Source of the DNA: the human T2T-CHM13v2.0 reference genome, Homo sapiens
Direction: 5' to 3' (one strand)
Length of the DNA stretch: 64,000 nt
Assembly: GCF_009914755.1 (NCBI RefSeq)
Contig: NC_060936.1
Positions 12,401 to 27,046 of the stretch are shown piece by piece (position 1 is the stretch's first letter; every line of letters begins with the position of its first letter). A model generated the notes under the pieces. The model searched no databases. It saw only the letters and a program-made list of their open reading frames with translations, and was not told where the DNA came from. The position numbers and the translations under genes were made by a program.

Positions 12401-14399
12401 ATCAGAAAGCCATAGGCATCAGATAGTGCTACCACTTTGTGCTATGAACTGAGACAGCCACTACACCTCTGGGTCTTGGTTGTGACAGAATGGGAACGAA
12501 GATAAGAAGTTTTACATAGATGTTCTCTAAGATTCTTTCCAGTTCTAAGGTTTCCTGGTTCAGTGTTAAACCTCATATTTGGGGTTTTCTTTAGCACTGT
12601 GTCCATTTCTCCTAAAAATACTTCCTTTGTGATTATGTTACAAACAACTGGAATTTTTTTTCATCATATACCATAATTTGCAGTAACAGAGAAGAGTAAA
12701 ATCACTTGCTTCTCCTACAGATCAAATTTGAAACAACAGAACTTTTGCTAAGCCACATTTTCAAACCATTTACCTGTCTAAGTGCAACATAGTATAAGCA
12801 AAGAATCTGGCATATGGAAAATGCCAACAAAAAATGAAAATTTGGGTTTGTTGTTTTTTGAAAAGGTCTACTTCTATTTTTTTTGTTGTTGTTTTTTTTC
12901 CTTTTTCCCATGTCTGTAAATTGTTGGCTGACCAAATTTTGTGAGATCAAAGCCTCTGGATGCAGTTTTCTCACACATGACTGAGAGGCTGCTGGGCACA
13001 TTGATTACACATCACCGCTGAGTAACTGGGACAATACTCCACTCTAAATTGCATGTCGTGGACGAGGATGAAATAAATGAACCAATAACAATTTAGTTGG
13101 TTTCATTGCTCAGGAAAGCATATTATTAAAAACATCTTGCCAACAGGTTGGCATAATACAATTTGTACCACCAAAACACACTGTGATTAAATGTTTGGTG
13201 GCTTCTGATCAGCCATCTAAATATCTATGAACTAAAAAGCTGGAAAAAAAAGGCTCCTCTGGCAACCTCCATTCTGTTCATCACTGCTTCGTTGACACAT
13301 TTTCCTTCTCCATTTTCCTCAATGGTTATGTGTTAGCTGGACTCTGTGAGAAAATGGAGTATAAAGCACAAAACCGAAAAGAATAGTTTATTTTCAGTGT
13401 AGTATTTTTATGCTTTCTGCAGACTAGTGCCTTACATATGCAGTATGCCTCCCGCACAGAAAATGAAGCATTCTTACAGTGATTGACCTACACGGAAATC
13501 TCATCTCAGCTTTAAAAATTTCTGTACAAAAATGTGAAGCTAAGATAGAAGGATCTGCATTTATTTCAGGAAGTCAGAAGTTACTTGGGCACTAATCCTA
13601 ATGGGAGCTGCATACAAATCCCTGGACATCAAAATACCCTTGACTGGGTTGACTTTTAATTTAGGAATTTACTAGAGCCTGCAACTATACTGCTGGAGTG
13701 TGTGATAGTGTCAGATCCTATAAATGAAGCATGGAGGACTTGGTTAGCCGCCTGGGTTGAATGCCAAAGAATGCCCTGGGGATGTGGTAATTCAGTACTC
13801 GAGGTAGCCTTGGTTGCTGCAAGCCAATACTAAATCAGTGCCCCATAATGGTGTTAGAAGCACTGCGGTGCAGCCTCAGATTTTTGCTATCCGCTCCCTC
13901 ACACTTATTTACAAAGCTCTTTTCTCTGGCAATATGCAGGGTAACTGCAAGGACAATAAGTTATAGCTGTCACATCCAATTTCCCTGCAAGCAGGGACCG
14001 CCTGGCACCTCACCATCAGCCAAGTTTTCCTTGTTGGAAACCTTTCCTTGTTTCCCCCTTCCTGGTTGGTAAATAAGGCTGGAAAGAAAATGGATGACCT
14101 GGGAGAGGAGAGAAGTAGAGCTAACTCTTCCAACACTTCAGTTCCAATGGACATATGGGAGGAATAACTAGAGGAATGAATAATAGACTATGGCCAACTC
14201 TTATTACTCTTCACCTTTCCCCAGGATTCTTCTGAGTGATGAGAATGCCTAGGAGTGCCACCTTGCCAATATCTGGCATCCCACTGCTCTGCTGCTAGAA
14301 GTTGGGGGCTGGGGAATTATTTCAGGCAGAAAATTTAATCAATTGTTGTCAATAGGTGGAGGTGATAAGATGCTCAGGAACTAAAAGAACATCACCACC

Positions 14400-14612
14400 A
14401 CCACGATCATTAACATTTTCATCACGTTCATATGCTGCACATCACACATGGAGCATTTCCACTATTCTATGCACTAAGCAGCCTCACAACAAAACCATAC
14501 CTGAGAGGTGTTTTTTCCACTTTGACAGAAGAACTGAGGCTGCAAGAGTTGAAGTTACTTGCCTGAGGTTGCTCAGTCACAAGCAGGAGAGCCTGCACCC
14601 TTCTGACACCAG
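14400..14612 (-). mobile_element. MIR SINE
   Basis: CCTCACAACAA..CCACTTTGACAGAAGAACTGAGGCT..GAAGTTACTTGCCTGAGGT. Confidence 0.65.
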
Positions 14613-14980
14613 AGCACAGGAAATGGGGTGGTAAAATTAGACACTTCTCAGCTGTGGCCAAGTTCCCCAAAGATCAAGAACCACGTAAGGGCCAAGTACC
14701 ACCCAAAACCTAAAGTGGGGTTCCTCAGCATCAAGGCAGAGCATATCAAGATAGCAACAAACCAGTTCTGTCCGAGTTAGCCTCTCATACCTCAAGAGTT
14801 TAGAGCAAATGCTTTCTTTAGAGAGAGCTGTTAGGCTATCATGGCGTTGTTCCTCTCCCTTCCTTAGGAGTGAGGAGCAGGGTGAATCCCTGCTACCTTA
14901 AATGTCATGGGGACACTAGAAAAGTGTGGCATGTATCCCCTCCTTTTTTTTAAGAAAGCATGCTTACATTTGCCTTAATC

Positions 14981-15330
14981 TTTTTTTTATTTGTATAAAT
15001 TTAAGGGGCACAAGTGCAGTTCTGTTGCATAGATATATTGCATAGTAGTGAAGTCTGGGCTTTTAGTGGAACTATCACCCAAATAATGAATATTGTGCCC
15101 AGTCTGTAATTTCTCTTCCCTTACCCTCCTCCTATGCTCTCCCCTTTTGGGGTCTCTGTTGTCTATTATTCCACAAGGTGTGTCCTTGTGTACACATTAT
15201 TTAGCACCCACTTATAAGTGAGAACATGCGGTATTTGTCTTTCTGTTATTTCACTTAAGATAATGGCCTCCACTTCCATCTATGTTGCTGCAAAAAAACA
15301 TATTTCCATTCCTTCTAATGGCTGAGTTTC

Positions 15331-15376
<46 letters not shown>

Positions 15377-15540
15377 TACACTTATACCACATTTCCTTTA
15401 CCTAACCCAATCATCTGTTGATGGACACTTATGTTGATTCCATATCTTTGCTATTGTGAATTGTGCTGCTGTAAACACGTGAGTGCAGGTATCTTTTTGA
15501 TATAATTTTTTTCTTTTCCTTTGGGTAGATACCTAATAGT
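14981..15540 (-). mobile_element. L1PB (L1PB3/4-like) 3' fragment containing a (TA)n at ~15330-15370
   Basis: TTTAAGGGGCACAAGTGCAGTT..TTGCATAGTAGTGAAGTCTGGGCTTTTAGTG..CCCACTTATAAGTGAGAACATGCGGTATTTG. Confidence 0.88.
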
Positions 15541-16202
15541 TCAACTTTGAAAAATAAAAACTGGCAATTTATTCCTATCAGGAAAAACTAAAAGAAAAAA
15601 ATAGCAGTTTGGAGAGAAGGCACTGCATCGGGAGTGAACAGCTCCACTATTGATGTAGAAAGTGGGTCGTTTTTTCAGGATACTCTATGTGGACTCTGCT
15701 GTTGCAGGGAGCAGACCTGTGGTCATTTTTAAAGGATTTGCCTCTGGATGCCTGGAAGGACAAAGGTTTCAACAGTAGAAAGGGTCTGTGCATTGCAGCA
15801 TACCAGAATCCAGTGGTGGAGGGAGCCCACTATTTCCAGGCATACTCACATCCTGGGAGCTGCAGGAAGAGAGCCACAACAGGAAGAGAGAAAGAGCCAG
15901 CAATAGCACAGGAACAAAATCCAAAGGGAAACAACCCCAGGTTGCAGCTGCACGAGCCACACAGAATTGACCCTTTCCTCCTGATCTGTTCTCTGGCTGG
16001 GCCAGCCCTGGAGAGGTCAAGGACAATCGCTTTCCATGGGAAGGACGTTCATCACCAGGAGCAAGAAGCTGGCCACCGCCACTCCTCCCACTGCAGGCCT
16101 CCAAGCCTAAAGCAGAATTGAGCTCTGAAGGATCAAGTTGAAATACACTGGCAGATTTCACCCAGCACTGGACAGCAATTATGTGATTAGACCAAACTGA
16201 GA

Positions 16203-16506
16203 TTTTTTTCTATGGGTACATAGTAGGTGTACATATTTATGGGGTATGTAAGATATTTTGATACAGACATATAATGTGTAATGATCACATCAGGGTAAAT
16301 GAGGTACCCATCACTTCATGCATTTATCCATTTCCTGTGTTACAAACATTCCAATTATACTCTTTTAGTTATTTTTAAATGTACAGTAAGTTATTGTTGA
16401 CTGTTGTCACCCTGTCACCCTATCAAATACTAGATCTTATTCATTCTATCTAACCACATTTTTGTACCTGTGAACCATCCCCACATCTACCTCTCCCACG
16501 ACCCTT
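16203..16506 (-). mobile_element. L1MA2/3-like 3'UTR fragment
   Basis: GGGTACATAGTAGGTGTACATATTTATGGGGTA..TCACATCAGGGTAAATGAGGTA..ATCAAATACTAGATCTTATTCATTCTATCTAAC. Confidence 0.88.
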
Positions 16507-17347
16507 AAATGGAATTTTAATGCTAAAACAAGGAGATTATTGATTTATTTAAAAGTAGCTAAAAACTCTGAAACCTGCTGGAAACATCATGCAGGAACCA
16601 GGAACAGGGAATAGTCCCTGAGCCTGTATAACACGTATTTCTAAAATAAATAGTTACTTTATGCTTGCCCTTTCTGAGGCAAGTTCATTTAGTAGATAGC
16701 ATAGTTAAGAGTTCCACAGTGTCATGTATGCTGTGAACTACTTTTCCTACAATCCCCTCCCCTAACCTTGCCCATAGCTACCTGGCAATCCCACCCCACC
16801 CTACCTCCACAGGCCAGGAATGAGAAACTCTCAGTTATGCACACCCAATGAATATGTCATCCGGTATATTGTGTTCAGGATCACAAAACTCGTGCATTTC
16901 TTGATCCTGCCCTAGTCATACCTTTTTACTTCCTACATTTTAAACCAGTTTTTTGGTGCCTCACAGTTGCAAGTCCTGTGACTACTTCAGAAGATGCCAG
17001 AAGAATTCATTAGGGCTGAGTGCTTTGAGATCCCCCAAGCAATTACCTCCTAAGTACTACTCATACAGGCAATCGGGGACTGCAATGGGAAGCAATTTGT
17101 CCATCAGAAGCACTCACACAGATGGCGTCTCTGTTAGCAGCAGGAGGGCAACCTGAGAACGTAGCGGGATGGTAAAGTAAATGCACCTCGACACGAAGTT
17201 ACATATGTATTTCATGGAGACTTCAGTTTTTATTTTATATTTTTTACACACTATAAGTTTATAGGTTCAACATTTTTAATGCTTTTTAATTTCTAAAAAT
17301 TGTCACTATAGGAGTATAACTTGCCTTCTAATTTGAAGATAAAACTT

Positions 17348-17493
17348 ATGAAGCTTCTTTTTTTGTTTGTTTTTGTAAAGACGGGATGTCCCTATGTTGC
17401 CCAGGCTGTTCTCAAACTCCTGACCTCAAGTGAGTCTTCCACCTCAGCCTCCCAAAGTGCTGAGATTACAGGTGTGTCCCACTGGGCACAGCC
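17348..17493 (-). mobile_element. FLAM (free left Alu monomer)
   Basis: Single antisense Alu arm flanked by an exact 14-bp TSD TGAAGATAAAACTT (17334-17347, 17494-17507). Confidence 0.9.
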
Positions 17494-17734
17494 TGAAGAT
17501 AAAACTTCTAATGATCTAAAAAAGTTAATAATATTTAATATACAGTTGTACTTACTATATACTGTTAAGTGAGAAGAAAAGGTACAAAACCGTACATGGG
17601 ACATGTATATGTAATACAATCTAGCCATACCCCAGCTAGGGGTTCTCAAACATGTTGAATTCAGGTATCTCCAGAGTGCATGTGACCCACAAGCCCAGGA
17701 AACACCCAGGGTCCTCTGCTGAGTTTCTACATCC

Positions 17735-18147
17735 TGGAGCAGACATTGTCAATGCCCTACCGTGTCTCATCAAGTCTTACAACTGCAGGCTACATTGCTT
17801 GACTACCAAGTACCTTAGGACTTTCTCTGGCATCCAGAGTCTTCTCTGCCTGCACCTACAGCAGGCTAGGACTGCACAGCAGGTAAAACCTGCCATGCCT
17901 ACCAGTCTTCAAACAATGACTTACCAGCATTGTTGTATAAATATTCCAACTTTCTTGCTCCTTCAGTAAGATAACTCTGAGATACTTATTCTGTACCTAC
18001 TCCTTGTATCCCCCCAAGAATTAAATTTCAGTTACCCACAAAGTTGTCTTGATAACTCAACCTTTATTGGAGTTGCCTAAAATCCCATCAACTAGTCACA
18101 CCAAGTCTTTGTTTTGGGGCGCTTCTGTGGAAACCCCTACTGAGACA
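17735..18147 (+). mobile_element. LTR16-family (LTR16C-like) 5' LTR of an ERVL provirus
   Basis: Begins TGGAGCAGACATTGTCAATGCCC, has GTATAAATATTCCAACTTTCTTGCTCCT, ends GGAAACCCCTACTGAGACA, then PBS-like GTTGGCAGC..AAATGGTTCTAGGAAG. Confidence 0.7.
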
Positions 18148-21100
18148 GTTGGCAGCTGAAATGGTTCTAGGAAGTAGATCTTGTAATGGATTCTGGAATT
18201 AGAAATTGTGGAGACTGACAGCTTGTGGTTAGCTGTGGCATCATAATTACAAAGACCCTCAACTATTATATATTAGGGTCAGACTAAGGTGAAAAGGGAC
18301 ACACTAGTTTATGCAGTACCAGTAGAGTTTGGGAGATATTATAAGAACTGTGAAATCTTTGATTAGTTGGTGTCATTAAATGCCATTGATGCACTAAAGG
18401 AAAAACACTGAGGCTCAGGTCATCCAATCAGAAGACAATGTGAAAACTGAAAGGAAAGCCTCTATAATAACATTTAGAGACTCAAATCCTGCAGCTAAAA
18501 GGTCAACTGCTGAATATTAAGCCCAGATCCTGAAAGCAAGATTAGCAATTATAATAAAATTCTGAATTCGGAATCCCTGTAAGTCAAGGAAAGTCCTCTG
18601 ATAGAAAAGGAATGGGATTCAGAAAACTGGGAAGTGGACACATGGTTAGATGCACTTGAAACATGAGTCCCCAGGATCCCCTAAACCCTCTAGGCCAGCA
18701 GAAGTCATCCAACTCCCCTGCCTTCTCTTGTCTATAGATCATGCAAAATCCTCACCTGTAACAGATGTTTCATCCAGAGCAGATAATTCTTGCCTCAAGA
18801 ATTGCCCCCACTTCTCCTGATTGCTTCCAGGCCAATAACTAGGGCTAAGTCTTAGCATAGCCTGCTATGTAGGACCTGCCTACTAAATAATGGGAAAAAC
18901 TAGGAGAACATGCCTGGGAACAAATCTTGAGGGTACTGAACAAAAGGAGGTACAATATAATGTTGTACCTGACTCAATTTGACTCAGAATTGAGCATCCT
19001 GGAAAAGACACCTGGAATTGGTCCTAACTCTTGCTAGAATAATTCCTTGAAGCTAGGAAAAAAAGATAGTCCTACAGTAAAAGAGATGTGATACCAGAAC
19101 TACCTTGGCAGAAGATTGAGGAAAGAGTCAAGGCTCAGAAGCTGAACATGCTAGAATGTATGCATTATATAACATCAGAGAACCAACCAGCTGTGGTTCA
19201 CCTTTATGTCCCTCAGGAGGTCAGAGGACACTCCCTTCACTAAACAAATAATGAGTGAGCCAGTGACAGGTACATGGGCATTATTGAAAAGTTCAGTGCT
19301 GGCTGTTCTCTGTATGCTAGAATTGATGGTAATAATGATGCTACGCACCTGGGCTCCCTGGTATTAATGGGCATGATAGGATCTGGAATTGCAACAGCCA
19401 GATGGCAATATTTAATCATCAGAGGCAAGGTAGATGTAATAACTGCAACAACAACAAGGCTAAAATGGCATCAGAGAACCCCAACTCACAAAGGTCTGTG
19501 GCAATGGCTAAAAGATCATTGTGTTCCTTTGAGTGAGATAGTTTCTAGACCTGAGCTGATTCTCAGACCCAAAGTCCACTGATGGAAGAAGATTCTCAAC
19601 CCCCCTGAGGAAGGACACTGTGACACTATTGCAAGTGTAAAGACTAACAATTTTCCCAGTTCATCTCCAAGGAGACCCATGGATATTTGATAGAATAAAG
19701 ACAATGCCCAGACTATGTAAGTACTGTTGGCTGCATGGTCTTTGCTGATACTATTAGGAGATTCAAAGCACCATCATAGCCCAACTATTAGGAGGAAAGT
19801 CTACAGAGGCAAGGTAGCAAATGGAGGTCGAGACCAAGACCTTACTACGGGCCATGAACCCTCTTGTGGTCATTTTCTGAATCTTTGAGTGCATAGTTAG
19901 CATCAATGCACTTAGCATTTATCCTCATCTTTGTTCTCTAACCCATGAAATAAGAGCCATAATGGTAAGAAAGGCAACTTGTATCCTTCTAATCTACCCC
20001 TTCCCCATACAACACTGTAAGTCAAAGTAATACTACTTCCTGGGAGGAATGGGAGTTTGGTGTCACCCTCAATGTCTTAAGGAATGCAAGATGGTTGGTT
20101 GGTCCCCAATAAATTCCTCTTTACTCTACCAGTCTAGTCCCTACAAAACCCATATGGGTCATAGGAAATGATAGTGGATTTCAGTAAACTTAACTAAATG
20201 GTAGCCTTAGTCATTGCAGCTGTGCAGGATGTGGTATCTTTAATTAAGATACCCTATTAAGAAATTAACAGTCTCTGGAATATAGTATGTAGCTATTCAT
20301 TTGCAAAAGTTCTTCTCAATCTCCCACCAGAAGCAGCTTATGTTCACTTGGGTTAGACAGCAGCACACATTCACAGCCTTGCCCCAGGACTTTGTTAATG
20401 CCCCTGCTTCCTGTACTAATAAAGACCAAAAGGATATTGATACATCTGAGCATTTTATAGAACATCATGTTAATCCACTGTATTGCTGATATTATGTTAA
20501 ATGAACCTGGGGAGAAGGAAGTGGTGAGTCCTCTGGATACCCTGATAGGACAGGGGCATTAGAAGGCAGATTCAGTGGCCTGGCACACTGGCAAATATTT
20601 CAGGGGTTTAGAAGTCTGGGGCATTGTATGAGTTTGTTTTCATGCTGCTGATAAAGACATACCTGAGACTGGGAAGAAAAAGACGTTTAATTGGACTTAT
20701 AGTTCCACATGACTGAGGAGGCCTCAGAATCATGGCAGGAGGTGAAAGGCACTTCTTACATGGTGGCGGCAAGAGAAAAACGAGGAAGATGCAAAAGCGG
20801 AAACCCCTGATAAACCCATTAGATCTCGTGAGACTTCTTCACTACCGTGAGAACAGTATGGGGGCCACTGCCAGCATGATTCAAATTATCTCCCACCAGG
20901 CCCCTCCCACAACACAGGGGAATTATGGGAGTATAATTCAAGATGAGATTTGGGTGGGGACACAACCAAACCATATCAGGCATGCTGAGACATTTCTCTA
21001 CATACACACCCAAGATGAAAGATAATTGCTGTGCTTTCACTACCATTATTAGGGAAGAGCCACAACATTTGGTAAGTTCCTTTGGATTTTGGAGACAATA

Positions 21101-21640
21101 CAAACCATACTTGGGAATATGACCCCAATATGTTTATCAGATGACTTGGAAAACTGCCATTCTCAACTGAAGCCCAGGACAAAAGACAACTCTGCAAAAG
21201 GTTCAGACTGGTACTAGCAGCCTTGCCACGTGGAACATATTACCTGGCAGATCCCATAGAGCTGTATTTTATGGTAGGTTCTCTGGAAAGCTCTCGAAAG
21301 ATTCACAATGCTAACATCTTGGATTCTGGAGCTAGGCAGAAGAACTTCACAGCACAGAACTATTCGCTCTTCAAAAAGTAGTGTCTAGCATGTTTCTGGG
21401 CTTTTGTAGAGACTGAGTACCTAAACATTGGTATCAAATAGCTAAAAGATGCCTATCATGAGCTATGTATTGTCTAACTCTCCAAATCACAAGTTCTGCT
21501 GGGCATATTAGCAACCTATCATACAAAGGAAATGGTACACTCCAGATTGGGTGATGCTAATCCGGAAGTCATAATCAAGTTATATGAAGAGGTAGGTCAG
21601 ACCTCTGCCATGAATCTCTGTTTCCCCCAGTAATCTCTTT
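18148..21640 (+). mobile_element. Degenerate ERVL internal region (gag-pro-pol remnants; ERV3-16A3/ERVL-E-like), no 3' LTR seen
   Basis: gag-like LMGMIGSG..; RT motif KQLMFTWVRQQHTFTALPQDFVN (20301-20489) followed by a decayed HYIDDIML-like segment (CACTGTATTGCTGATATTATGTTA); later LVSSFGFWRQY and RKWY motifs. Confidence 0.8.
20625..20978 (-). mobile_element. THE1 (THE1C-like) solo LTR inserted in the ERVL pol remnant
   Basis: TGTATGAG..GCTGCTGATAAAGACATACCTGAGACTGGG..GAGATTTGGGTGGGGACACAACCAAACCATATCA; exact 5-bp TSD GGCAT (20620-20624, 20979-20983). Confidence 0.95.
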
Positions 21641-22054
21641 GTCCAGTCCACTCATCTGGTACTTCCCAGGAATCAAGCCCTCTCCTTTCTTGGACAAACC
21701 TTTCTGTCACCTCTCATCTTACCAGATACTCTTCTGTGACTCTTCCTCACTTCTCCCCCATTACTCCACACCACACACTCCCCAACCCATCCTACTTTTG
21801 CCTGGCTTCCTCCCGTGGCACTCCATGCCTTCCTAAAAATTACCCTTCTCTTACTCTTTTACTCTTACTCTTTTATAATAAACTGTGAAGTCCCATAAGT
21901 CCATAATCCATAACTTTGGCAATTTCATTAAATAACTTTCCTTTTCTTGAGTGCAAGGAAAGTTTCATCCTCAACCCTTTCCAGAAGATAAGAAGAAATA
22001 TTTGTGTACTATCTTTCACTAGTAGCAAAGCAAAGGAAAAATAGAGACACTCTA

Positions 22055-22393
<339 letters not shown>

Positions 22394-22562
22394 TCACATT
22401 TTGTTTCATATGTGAAAACAAAACACACAAAAACATTAATAGGTTTTATTTCTTCTTGGTAAAATTATGGGGGTGTTGATTGTCTTTATTCTATATTCTA
22501 TGTTTTCCCAAACTTCTAAAAGACACCACACATACAAACTTAAGAAAATACAACTGTGTACC

Positions 22563-24100
22563 TCATTTTAGAATCCATAGATTATAAAGCAGTCCTAAGA
22601 CTCTAAATCTGTTTTTTCTAATGTTTTGCCTATATATAAGAGCAAAGAACTAATAGGCCTTACTCACTTGATTTTTCATTTATTTTCCAATGATAGTCTT
22701 TCAGATTTAAAATACGTCACACAAGTAAAAATGAGTCAAACTCTGTGAATTAGAATACCACTTACTTATTTACACCAATAATAAAACTCCGAATCATTTC
22801 TTTCATGTGTATATACCTACAAACAGAAAGATCTGTCTAATTTAATGAATATTGAATCTATTCATAATAAAAAAAACTTTACTAACCTGGCAGCTATAAA
22901 AACAACTCCAGCATCAGTTAAGTTTAAAAATAAACTGTATGACAGCTGATTCTGTCCAAGAATGAAAGACCCTATAGTAGGCCACCATTAAGCCCTGCAA
23001 ATTTGTTCTTTTATGAAATTTCTTATAAAATAGCTAAAGATCATCTGGTCTGAGACGGGTAATAAAAGGATAGCTACTATGCTTCCAGACAGCCAAGGGA
23101 ATCTTTCCAAGCTGCTTCTTCCACTCCTTAAAAGCACAGTGGAAAATAACTCTGAGGCACAAGATGAGCTTCTGTTAAATCCCATCCACTTAAACCCTAG
23201 GTATAAGAAAAGAACTAGAAGAGGGCAAGTAAAATTTGAAAACTTTTCACTATATTCTGGATTAAGTTCTTTTCTTAGAGCTGTCTGGAGCCATTTAACA
23301 AAGTACGTAGGGAGACGAAAATTCACAATAATATGTTCAGTACTACAAAATTAAATTTAGCACAAGTTAATTTGTCACAGCTCACAGTCCCTAAGAAAGA
23401 CTATTTGAGCAACAACAACAATAAGCCATTTCTGGAATAAACCAATCATCACATATCACGTATTAGGTTAACTCATATGAAATTGCCTATGTTTGATCAT
23501 TTTTTACAAAACAAATTTTTGTGGTTCAACCTAACATTTTCTCTCATAGTTGCACAACTTCAAAACACTTAGAAATGTAATCTTTGGTCATAATGTTGAT
23601 CTGAAAAACTGTGCGGAGAAATGGTCACAATACTTTATGATCTCATCTCCCTAAGCATGTTAAGCTGGCAGGGGAAGAAGGACTCAGCAGAAGTTAACAC
23701 TCCATTTTCAATTAAAGTTCAGTTCCACATGGTCAAAGACCTAAGTCCTTATCTGAGTAATTCACATAATATAGATAATTACTCAGAAAAATTGAGTTTA
23801 AAATGCTTTATTTTCCCCAAAAACTACTTGCATTAAATATTCCTATTGTTCTCAAGCTGATGTCCTTGGTCCAGAGCATCATACCTGGACAGGAATAGGA
23901 GGAGAAATTATTCTCTTTAGGAAATTTTCCAATGGTGTTGCCTTCAAAACAATTTTTCAAGTAATAAGTTAACATAATCGTTGTTGAAATGATGATGCAA
24001 AGATATTTAAGAGAGAAAAGGTACTGGATAAGGTATTGGAACACATACCTTTTGCTTGCCCTATCAACCGGTGACAAACAATCCCAAGACCAACTACCAT
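22563..24100 (-). other. Candidate four-exon spliced unit (pseudogene or lncRNA), unverified
   Basis: Predicted exons 24100-24049, 23196-22887, 22816-22766 and 22629-22563 with canonical GT-AG sites; spliced frame open except one TAA at 22990-22988. Confidence 0.3.
23463..23534. mobile_element. MADE2 (mariner-derived MITE)
   Basis: TA-TTAGGTTAACTCATATGAAATTGCC..TGGTTCAACCTAA, imperfect terminal inverted repeat. Confidence 0.75.
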
Positions 24101-24289
24101 CTGCCCAGCTACTCCCAGAATTTCTCCTTCTGGTATCAGAATGCAATTTCCCCCTCCGCCTTACCCTTTTAAAGGAAAACTGTAATGTGGATCCTTAAAC
24201 TCAGAAGACCCCTTAGGAGTATTTTAAGGAGGTTATCATTTATTTCTCCTTTTTTTTAATACTCTCTTCTCTTGAAAAACTTGACTCCT

Positions 24290-25650
<1,361 letters not shown>

Positions 25651-25939
25651 AATCAGCTCTTGACATCAGTAATATATTTTCAGGCACAATACCCACGTTA
25701 GAAAATGAAAACATCAAATTTCTTGTCTTTTGCTGGAATTGTGTCAATTCAGCTTGATGTCATAGTTTACCTCATGCTGATCAGAAGCTTTGCTTGGCCT
25801 TTCGTAATGAGCTTTTAAAGGGAAAATATATGTTTATCATCATAATTTATCATAAACGCAATTTGAGAAATAAATATATTTCAAAAGTCTACTAGGAACA
25901 GTGACAAGTGGGGATCCTGGCAACTGAAGTTGAGAATTG

Positions 25940-26620
25940 ACTTGCAGTTTAAGATGGTAGATTGAACACGTAAACATTTACAGCCCCTCCCTCCAAAGAT
26001 CTCATTGAAATGACAATAGTGTAAAACAAAGAAGAAAATAAATTCATAGCAGCCCCAAGAGGAAGGAGTGATCATTTAGCAGACTGAGAGTTTGAATGAT
26101 TTCTAGAAAATAGAAAGCAGGTGGAATTGTGCAGATGGAAAGTGGGGAGTGGGGCAGGCTGCAGTCAAGAACAAGCAGAGGAGAAGGCTGCAGGGGAGGA
26201 AGAAGCCATTCTTTCCAGCACAGCTCAAGCAAAACTCCAAACTCAGAATCAGAGTGGGAAACAGGCAGAAATCAGGTGATCAATCAGAGGACTGTCTGCA
26301 GAGCAGATGCACAGTCAACCCACCCCCACCCACCCACCTACATGCCCACATGGGCAAAGTGACTGGCAGCAGGAGCATTTTCCCCCAGCCTAAAATCAGA
26401 GAAATGCTCTCTAAACAAACTGAACAATACGCCCAGGAATGTCAGAGTTCCTAGCATGAATGTGCACACCACAGAATTAAGTGCTTCTTCTTTAGTAAGG
26501 AGGGAGAGGGGCCAGCTTGACCATATCCTCCATGCTCACACATTCCCAGCTGTGTATGTGCACCCACATTCTGTGCACTCACAGTCTGCCTTACAATTTA
26601 GGGGAAAATCTTTGGGGATA
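25940..26620 (+). mobile_element. Ancient HAL1/L1ME 5' region
   Basis: GACTTGCAGTTTAAGATGGTAGATTGAACAC..CCTCCCTCCAAAGATCTCATTGAAATGACA resembles HAL1/L1ME 5' ends. Confidence 0.5.
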
Positions 26621-27013
26621 CAACCCTACACAACATAGCAGCTACCAAGATTCCTCAATCAAGTCCTTTATATTGCTTATCATATGTAAAGCACAAGTTA
26701 CATGGTATTATAATGAGTGCCATATAAATATTTCTGGAATCAGAAAATTATTGAAAGATAAATGCTTCAAAGAACCTGTTGCCTAGTAAAAGACTTATAG
26801 TCATCATTCTCCTGAAACTTTGTCTTGCAGTTTTCAAAACGTGGCATTTGCATTTTACTACCTGAATCTTCCCACAGTTTCAGGGACATTACTTTCTCTT
26901 CTTTCTCTCCCCCTCTTCTCTGATTCTTTTTCATTTTATTTTCTGGTTTCACTTGTTTCTTTACATCAACTATGGAAATTCCTCTGAAGCTACATATGGT
27001 TACATATGGTTAT

Positions 27014-27046
<33 letters not shown>

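Noticed and set aside
15687-16161. Overlapping 144-aa (+) and 130-aa (-) ORFs
   Set aside because: No recognisable domain. ORFs on both strands fit a locally GC-richer stretch, possibly a decayed ERVL-type LTR, and I saw no promoter or splice support.
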